Part shown: positions 59,032 through 64,000 of the stretch, in pieces
How positions within the stretch are numbered: position 1 is the stretch's first letter
How the letters are laid out: each line of letters starts with the position of its first letter
IMG/VR virus record: IMGVR_UViG_3300043446_002688
From: a virus
Length of the DNA stretch: 64,000 bases
Reading direction: 5' to 3' (one strand)
The notes under the pieces: generated by a model
Databases searched by the model: none
What the model was told of the DNA's origin: nothing
What the model saw: the letters and a program-made list of their open reading frames with translations, nothing else
Made by a program: the position numbers and the translations under genes

Positions 59032-60384
59032 ATGTTTCTATCTGAAGAACTACAACAAAAATGGCAACCAGTTCTGGAACACCCAGAATTAGAAGCTATT
59101 AAAGATCCATACAAGAAAGCTGTTACAGCTTTGGTTTTGGAAAACCAACAACGTGAAATGTCAGCTGCTGCTCAGCAGTTGAACGAAACAACATACAGTG
59201 CTGCACCTACAAACGTGACAGGCGCTGGTGTTCAAAACTTCGACCCAATCTTGATTAGCTTGGTTCGCCGTGCATTGCCAAACTTGATTGCGTATGATGT
59301 TGCTGGCGTTCAGCCAATGACAGGACCTACAGGTCTAATCTTCGCAATGCGTGCTAAGTACAATGCAATGGGTACAGCTGGTACAGGCGACTCTAACGAA
59401 GCATTCTTCAACGAAGCTAACACAATCTTCTCAGGTGCTGGTTCATCTGGTAACTTGTATGGCTTCCGTGGTAACAATGCAACAGACATCGTTACAAACA
59501 CTGGTGCTGACTTGACTGCTAACAGCTTCACAACTGGTATCGGCATGAGAACATCTACTGCTGAAGGTTTGGGTGCAGACACTTCAACAGGTATGTTCAA
59601 TCAAATGGCTTTCTCTATCGAGAAGGTTACAGTTACTGCTCAAAGCCGTGCTTTGAAGGCAGAATACTCACTTGAATTGGCACAAGACTTGAAGGCAATC
59701 CATGGTTTGGATGCTGAAACAGAATTGTCTAACATTCTGTCAACAGAAATCTTGGCTGAAATCAACCGTGAAGTTATCCGTACAATCTACACAACTGCTG
59801 TTGCAGGTGCTCAGTACGGTGTTACAACAGCTGGTGCTTTCGACTTGGACACAGACTCTAACGGTCGTTGGTCAGTTGAACGTTTCAAAGGTTTGATTTT
59901 CCAAATCGAACGTGATGCAAACGTTATTGCAAAACAAACTCGTCGTGGTAAAGGTAACGTGATGATTGTATCATCAGACGTTGCTTCTGCTATGGCTATG
60001 GCTGGCGTGTTGCAATATACACCTGCTTTGTCTGCTGACTTGCAAGTTGACGATACAGGCAACACATTCGCTGGTATGTTGCACGGTCGTATCAAGGTCT
60101 ATATCGACCCATACTTCGGTGGTTACACATCTAACCAAGAATTGGTAACAATCGGTTATAAGGGTACTTCTCCTTATGACGCTGGTTTGTTCTACTGCCC
60201 ATACGTACCTCTACAAATGGTTCGTGCTGTTGACCAGTACACATTCCAACCAAAGATTGGTTTCAAGACTCGTTACGGCATGGTTGCTAACCCATTTGCA
60301 ACAGGTCTAACAGTTGGTAACGGTGCTTTGAACTCTCGTTCAAACGTTTACTACCGTATTTTCCAAGTCAAGAATTTAATGTGA
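59032..60384 (+). CDS. g23: Major capsid protein gp23
   Basis: LQQKWQPVLEH, FDPILISLVRR, GVQPMTGPTGLIFAMR, SRALKAEYSLELAQDLKAIHGLDAE, YCPYVPL and GFKTRYG. Confidence 0.99.
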   Translation: MFLSEELQQKWQPVLEHPELEAIKDPYKKAVTALVLENQQREMSAAAQQLNETTYSAAPTNVTGAGVQNFDPILISLVRRALPNLIAYDVAGVQPMTGPTGLIFAMRAKYNAMGTAGTGDSNEAFFNEANTIFSGAGSSGNLYGFRGNNATDIVTNTGADLTANSFTTGIGMRTSTAEGLGADTSTGMFNQMAFSIEKVTVTAQSRALKAEYSLELAQDLKAIHGLDAETELSNILSTEILAEINREVIRTIYTTAVAGAQYGVTTAGAFDLDTDSNGRWSVERFKGLIFQIERDANVIAKQTRRGKGNVMIVSSDVASAMAMAGVLQYTPALSADLQVDDTGNTFAGMLHGRIKVYIDPYFGGYTSNQELVTIGYKGTSPYDAGLFYCPYVPLQMVRAVDQYTFQPKIGFKTRYGMVANPFATGLTVGNGALNSRSNVYYRIFQVKNLM

Positions 60385-60425
60385 TTTGGTTTTTACAATA
60401 AGTCACCGTTAAGAGTGACACTTTT

Positions 60426-60452
60426 AGAGGGTACTTCGGTACCCTCTTTTTG
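60426..60452 (+). terminator. Rho-independent terminator with C(UUCG)G tetraloop after g23
   Basis: AGAGGGTAC-TTCG-GTACCCTCT followed by a T run. Confidence 0.92.
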
Positions 60453-60481
60453 TATATCTATTACATAAGGTTTTTAGAAAA

Positions 60482-60877
60482 ATGGATGATATTTTTGAAA
60501 GTTTGAAAACATTTCCTTTTGATATGGATTCATTAAAAAATAATTCTCATATAAGGTTCTATGAAAAAACTCGTTCAGAAGAAACCAAAAAAGCAATAAG
60601 TGAAACTAAAATGGGTTCAAAACAAACACCACAACATATACGAAATAGAGCAGAAAGTGCAAAAGGATTTAAGCAATCTGAACACCAAAAAGATAGAGCT
60701 AGAGAAACATTTTCGTGTTCTTGGTTAGTTACTAATCCAGAAGGCAAATCTTTCAATATAGTAAACCTTAGAAAGTTTTGTTCAGACAATTCACTGGATC
60801 AAGGTAATATGGTCAAGGTATCACAAGGCATACTGAAGCAACACAAGGGTTGGAAGTGTCTTAAAATTGGCTCCTAA
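60482..60877 (+). CDS. NUMOD3-type DNA-binding protein; homing-endonuclease-like but lacking a nuclease domain
   Basis: RSEETKKAISETKMG, QTPQHIRNR and QSEHQK repeats; C-terminal WLVTNPEG...NLRKFC..NSL....M.KV..G..KQHKGWKC. No GIY-YIG or HNH motif. Confidence 0.65.
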   Translation: MDDIFESLKTFPFDMDSLKNNSHIRFYEKTRSEETKKAISETKMGSKQTPQHIRNRAESAKGFKQSEHQKDRARETFSCSWLVTNPEGKSFNIVNLRKFCSDNSLDQGNMVKVSQGILKQHKGWKCLKIGS

Positions 60878-60880
60878 ATA
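60874..60880 (+). promoter_or_regulatory. Late promoter candidate CTAAATA for g3
   Basis: Overlaps the upstream stop codon; AGGAG RBS follows. Confidence 0.6.
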
Positions 60881-60897
60881 GTAGTATAGGAGAAACA

Positions 60898-61407
60898 ATG
60901 ACAGTTCTTAACAGAAATCCACAGAATACAAACCCGTTACAACCCAGTAAATTTCTATTATCATTCAATAGAACTGGTGCGGTACCATATTTCTGTCAAC
61001 AAGTAAACATACCTGGTATGTCAATGGGTTCTGCACCATTTAATACTCCAACTTTGGACATTAATTACCCAGGTCATAAACTATCATTTAATAGTCTGAA
61101 TGTTACCTATATTGTTGATGAAGAATTGACTGCATGGAAAAACATGTATGATTGGTTCTTGGCATTGGCACACCCAAATATGGATGAAAGAAAAAGGTTA
61201 TTGGAACTCCAAGGTGGTAGTACAGTATCAGACGCAACACTTACCGTCATGTCTGCGTTAAACAATCCAATTGCTCGTATACAATTTCATAATGTATTTC
61301 CAGTTGACATGACCGATATCAATTTTGATACCACACAGTCTGCCGATAACATAATTTATTCTACGGTAACTTTTAACTTTAATTACTACGAAGTATTGCC
61401 TTTGTGA
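60898..61407 (+). CDS. g3: Tail tube terminator / tail completion protein gp3
   Basis: NPLQPSKFLL...YFCQQVNIPGMSMG...PGHKLSFNSLNVTYIVDEEL..W...YDW; SDATLTV...F..VFP. Confidence 0.88.
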   Translation: MTVLNRNPQNTNPLQPSKFLLSFNRTGAVPYFCQQVNIPGMSMGSAPFNTPTLDINYPGHKLSFNSLNVTYIVDEELTAWKNMYDWFLALAHPNMDERKRLLELQGGSTVSDATLTVMSALNNPIARIQFHNVFPVDMTDINFDTTQSADNIIYSTVTFNFNYYEVLPL

Positions 61408-61424
61408 TTGACTTCTGATATAAT
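61396..61424 (+). promoter_or_regulatory. Sigma70-type early promoter for uvsY-uvsW
   Basis: TTGCCT (61396-61401), 17 nt spacer, TATAAT (61419-61424), with extended -10 TG at 61416-61417. Confidence 0.8.
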
Positions 61425-61451
61425 CTACATTATTTGTTTTTATTATTAATT

Positions 61452-61886
61452 ATGGAAAATCTAGAGCACATTTTGAAATGGTGGGAAGTAGATGCGGTCA
61501 TAGACCAAACAGAACCATCTAAAGAATTATTGAAGATTCCCACACTACACAGTAAGTATCTTGCCGAGTTGACCAAACACAAGATTGCCGCAAAGAAGGC
61601 ACATTTTGATTATCTGCGTATGCGTAAGATTAAATGGGAATACTACACAGGCAAAACCACACAAGAAGAATTGGAACAATATGGTTGGGAACCATTCCAA
61701 TTTACACTCAAATCTGACATTACTACATACTTAGAAGCAGACAAAGACCTTATCAAGTTACTTGAAAAGAAGGTCTACCATGAAGAAGTTGTATCAGTTA
61801 TTGAATCTATTATGAACGAATTGAAACAAAGAACATGGCAGCTGCGTGATTTTATTTCATGGGAAAAATTTGTAAATGGCCAGTGA
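61452..61886 (+). CDS. uvsY: Recombination mediator UvsY
   Basis: Start re-called at ATG 61452. W..DAVIDQ.E...E.LKIP.LHSKY, KWEYYTGK, YLEADKDL and LKQRTWQLRDFISWEKF. Confidence 0.92.
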   Translation: MENLEHILKWWEVDAVIDQTEPSKELLKIPTLHSKYLAELTKHKIAAKKAHFDYLRMRKIKWEYYTGKTTQEELEQYGWEPFQFTLKSDITTYLEADKDLIKLLEKKVYHEEVVSVIESIMNELKQRTWQLRDFISWEKFVNGQ

Positions 61887-63372
61887 TGTTGTTATAACCA
61901 AAAAAGATGGTGTGTATGCCAAGGTGACCTGCGAGCGTCATGTGGCCATGGAACTATCTCAGTTCTTCACCTTCTTTGTACCAGGTTTCCAGTTTGTTCC
62001 TGCCTTCAGGAATAAAATCTGGGACGGTAAGATACGGTTATTCAATCTACAAACACAACAAATATATCTTGGTCTAATTCCATACATCAAAGCTTTCTGT
62101 GAAGATAGAGAGTATAGTTATGAGGATGATATTGTTGAATCTGAATTCTCAATGTACCACGCAAAGAAGTTTGCAGACAACCTCAATATACATTCACAAG
62201 GAAAGAAATTGGAAGTGCATCCGCACCAGTTGGATGCGTTTGTACATGCCATGCAGTCACATAGAGCACTATTCGTGTCTCCAACATCGTCTGGTAAGTC
62301 CCTGATTGCATATCTATTGTATAGACAGTTGCACAATTATCATCAACTTAAAGGTCTTATGATTGTTCCGACCACATCTTTGGTTGAACAGATGTATACG
62401 GACTTCCAAGATTACTCATCTCACAATGGTTTTTATGTTGAAGATAATGTACATAAAATCTATGACTACAAAGGTATGGTCAAAGAAACAGATAAGTCAT
62501 TGACAATATCAACATGGCAATCTCTGTTCAAAATGCCTAAAGAATTCTTTGAACAGTTTGATTATGTTATTGGTGATGAGGCACACTTGTTCAAGGCTCA
62601 ATCGTTGACCACAATTATGACCTCACTATCAAATACACAGTATCGTATTGGTATGACTGGTACTTTGGATGGAACTAAGACACACAAGTTGGTTTTGGAA
62701 GGTCTATTTGGTCCTGCAAAACAAATCATCACAACAAAAGAACTTATTGAACAAGGTAAAGTAACTGCTTTTGATATTAAATGCCTGATATTGAAACACC
62801 CTGATGATATTTGTGAAGATAGTACCAAGTGGACATATCAGGAAGAAATGGAATACCTTATTAAATCAGAATCACGGAACAAATTCATACGCAATCTGGC
62901 ATTGAGTATGGATAAAAACTCATTGGTATTGTTCCAACAGGTAGAAAAACATGGTAGTGTATTGTATGATATGATTAAGGGTGCCGAAAAACTTAATGGC
63001 AGAAATGTTTATTTTATCCACGGAGGCGTGGACACGGAAGACCGAGAAAAGGTTCGTGCAATCATGGAGAAGGAAAGTGACGCAATTATTGTGGCTTCTT
63101 ATGGCACTTATTCTACTGGAATTAATATTCGTAACTTGCATAATATTGTTTTCGCATCTCCGTCAAAGTCACGAGTTCGCAATCTTCAATCTATTGGACG
63201 AGGCCTTCGCAAATCGGAAGGCAAAGAACAAGCAACACTCTACGACATTGCAGATGACCTCAGACACAAAAAACACATGAACTTTACTCTACGACATTTC
63301 GTGGAAAGAGTAAAGATATATACTGAGGAGAAGTTCCCTTTTAAGATTTACAATATAGGACTTAAAAAATGA
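61876..63372 (+). CDS. uvsW: SF2 DNA/RNA helicase UvsW
   Basis: FRNKIWDGKIRLF, SPTSSGKS, STWQS, GDEAHLFKA, GMTGT and VRNLQSIGRGLR. Confidence 0.97.
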   Translation: MASDVVITKKDGVYAKVTCERHVAMELSQFFTFFVPGFQFVPAFRNKIWDGKIRLFNLQTQQIYLGLIPYIKAFCEDREYSYEDDIVESEFSMYHAKKFADNLNIHSQGKKLEVHPHQLDAFVHAMQSHRALFVSPTSSGKSLIAYLLYRQLHNYHQLKGLMIVPTTSLVEQMYTDFQDYSSHNGFYVEDNVHKIYDYKGMVKETDKSLTISTWQSLFKMPKEFFEQFDYVIGDEAHLFKAQSLTTIMTSLSNTQYRIGMTGTLDGTKTHKLVLEGLFGPAKQIITTKELIEQGKVTAFDIKCLILKHPDDICEDSTKWTYQEEMEYLIKSESRNKFIRNLALSMDKNSLVLFQQVEKHGSVLYDMIKGAEKLNGRNVYFIHGGVDTEDREKVRAIMEKESDAIIVASYGTYSTGINIRNLHNIVFASPSKSRVRNLQSIGRGLRKSEGKEQATLYDIADDLRHKKHMNFTLRHFVERVKIYTEEKFPFKIYNIGLKK

Positions 63373-63740
63373 CAGTTAAAATTGTAAGATTCAAAGACGG
63401 TTTGGATGTAATCAGTAATGTTTTCTATAAACATGATATGGGTGACCAACCCAATGGTGAAGTGGAACTTACCAATCCAATGATGTTTGAATTGCGTAAT
63501 CAAAACCTTGTAATGCAACATTGGTTGCCATTGGCCATTATGAAAGATAAATCTGTGGTTATTAAAAACTCCGAGATACTTTGCACTATGGAACCAAATG
63601 AAGATTTTGAAGAATATTATGTCAATACGGTAAAGCAAATGAATAAAGCTTTGAAAGAATCTAAAGATAAGGAAGATATCCAAGATATGTTAGAAGCCTT
63701 AGCTGAACTAGAAGATAATAAAGGAATTAAATTCCATTAA
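63369..63740 (+). CDS. Conserved hypothetical protein between uvsW and g55 (Sm-like fold possible)
   Basis: VKIVRFKDGLDVIS...LTNPM...HWLP...Y...V; usual syntenic position in aquatic T4-like phages. Confidence 0.7.
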   Translation: MTVKIVRFKDGLDVISNVFYKHDMGDQPNGEVELTNPMMFELRNQNLVMQHWLPLAIMKDKSVVIKNSEILCTMEPNEDFEEYYVNTVKQMNKALKESKDKEDIQDMLEALAELEDNKGIKFH

Positions 63741-63823
63741 CATCATCAACCGGGCTACACCGTGGACTGTATCACATGTCAAGCCCTTTGTCAACAACTT
63801 TTTATGGTAAACTTGAATAAATT

Positions 63824-64000
63824 ATGAACCAACCGACTAAAAAACCTAAAGAATATGTTAATAATGCAGACTTTCTCAAAGCTCTGGTAGATTACAAGTC
63901 TGCCTGTGAGGAAGCAAAGAAGAACGGCAAACCAGAACCCAAGATACCGAACTACATCGGCGAATGTTGGATGAAAATTGCCGAAGGTCTATCACACAAG
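63824..64000 (+). CDS. g55: Late sigma factor gp55, N-terminal fragment (runs off the window; absent from the ORF track)
   Basis: Translates as MNQPTKKPKEYVNNADFLKALVDYKSACEEAKKNGKPEPKIPNYIGECWMKIAEGLSHK, matching the gp55 YVNN..F / PNYIGEC..KIA.GLS motifs. Confidence 0.93.
   Translation, partial: MNQPTKKPKEYVNNADFLKALVDYKSACEEAKKNGKPEPKIPNYIGECWMKIAEGLSHK

Noticed and set aside
447-63280. Numerous short minus-strand and alternate-frame ORFs in the track (e.g. 24979-25527, 33017-33475, 55331-55804)
   Set aside because: They are shadows of long + strand genes, caused by GCA/ACA/AAT-rich repetitive codons; they lack RBSs and recognisable motifs.
50423-63372. Introns or inteins in g17, g20, g23 or uvsW
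   Set aside because: Lengths are near typical, motifs are contiguous, and no intein or LAGLIDADG/HNH insertions are visible.
1-64000. Stop-codon reassignment
   Set aside because: Core genes are full length in the standard code, and TGA (e.g. g23, g3) terminates genes at the expected ends.
1-64000. tRNA or rRNA genes
   Set aside because: Intergenic gaps are under 100 nt and show no cloverleaf or T-loop motifs.

Overview
The window is the morphogenesis region of a T4-like myovirus (Straboviridae/Kyanoviridae-like gene order; it resembles uncultured aquatic T4-like phages). All credible genes are on the + strand in the standard genetic code. Order: end of a gp7-like baseplate gene, an inserted fibre gene, gp8, a giant DUF4815/VrlC-like protein, then about 32 kb of fibre/adhesin genes (10.9-42.4 kb). 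These include coiled-coil fibres built from A-N-x-A-[FY] heptads, two S74 chaperone fibres, a small fibre plus Tfa-like chaperone, a triple Gly-rich protein, a C1q-tipped fibre, a protein with 8 LamG domains, and three 7-blade RCC1/BLIP-II propellers. A 7-gene enzyme island follows (42.5-47.3 kb): methyltransferase, TPR-glycosyltransferase, YkgJ-like Cys-cluster protein, sulfotransferase, DSBH-kinase fusion, APS-kinase/HIGH-nucleotidyltransferase fusion and DUF2061. Then come the core genes g13-g23, a NUMOD3-only ORF, g3, uvsY, uvsW, a hypothetical gene and the start of g55. The best candidate for an undescribed system is the enzyme island, which may encode self-contained sulfation (a mini PAPS synthase plus sulfotransferase) with glycosylation and methylation, possibly acting on virion fibres. 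The second is the array of 21 recombining RCC1 blades with variable loops. All family assignments come from motif recognition by eye; no database search was run.
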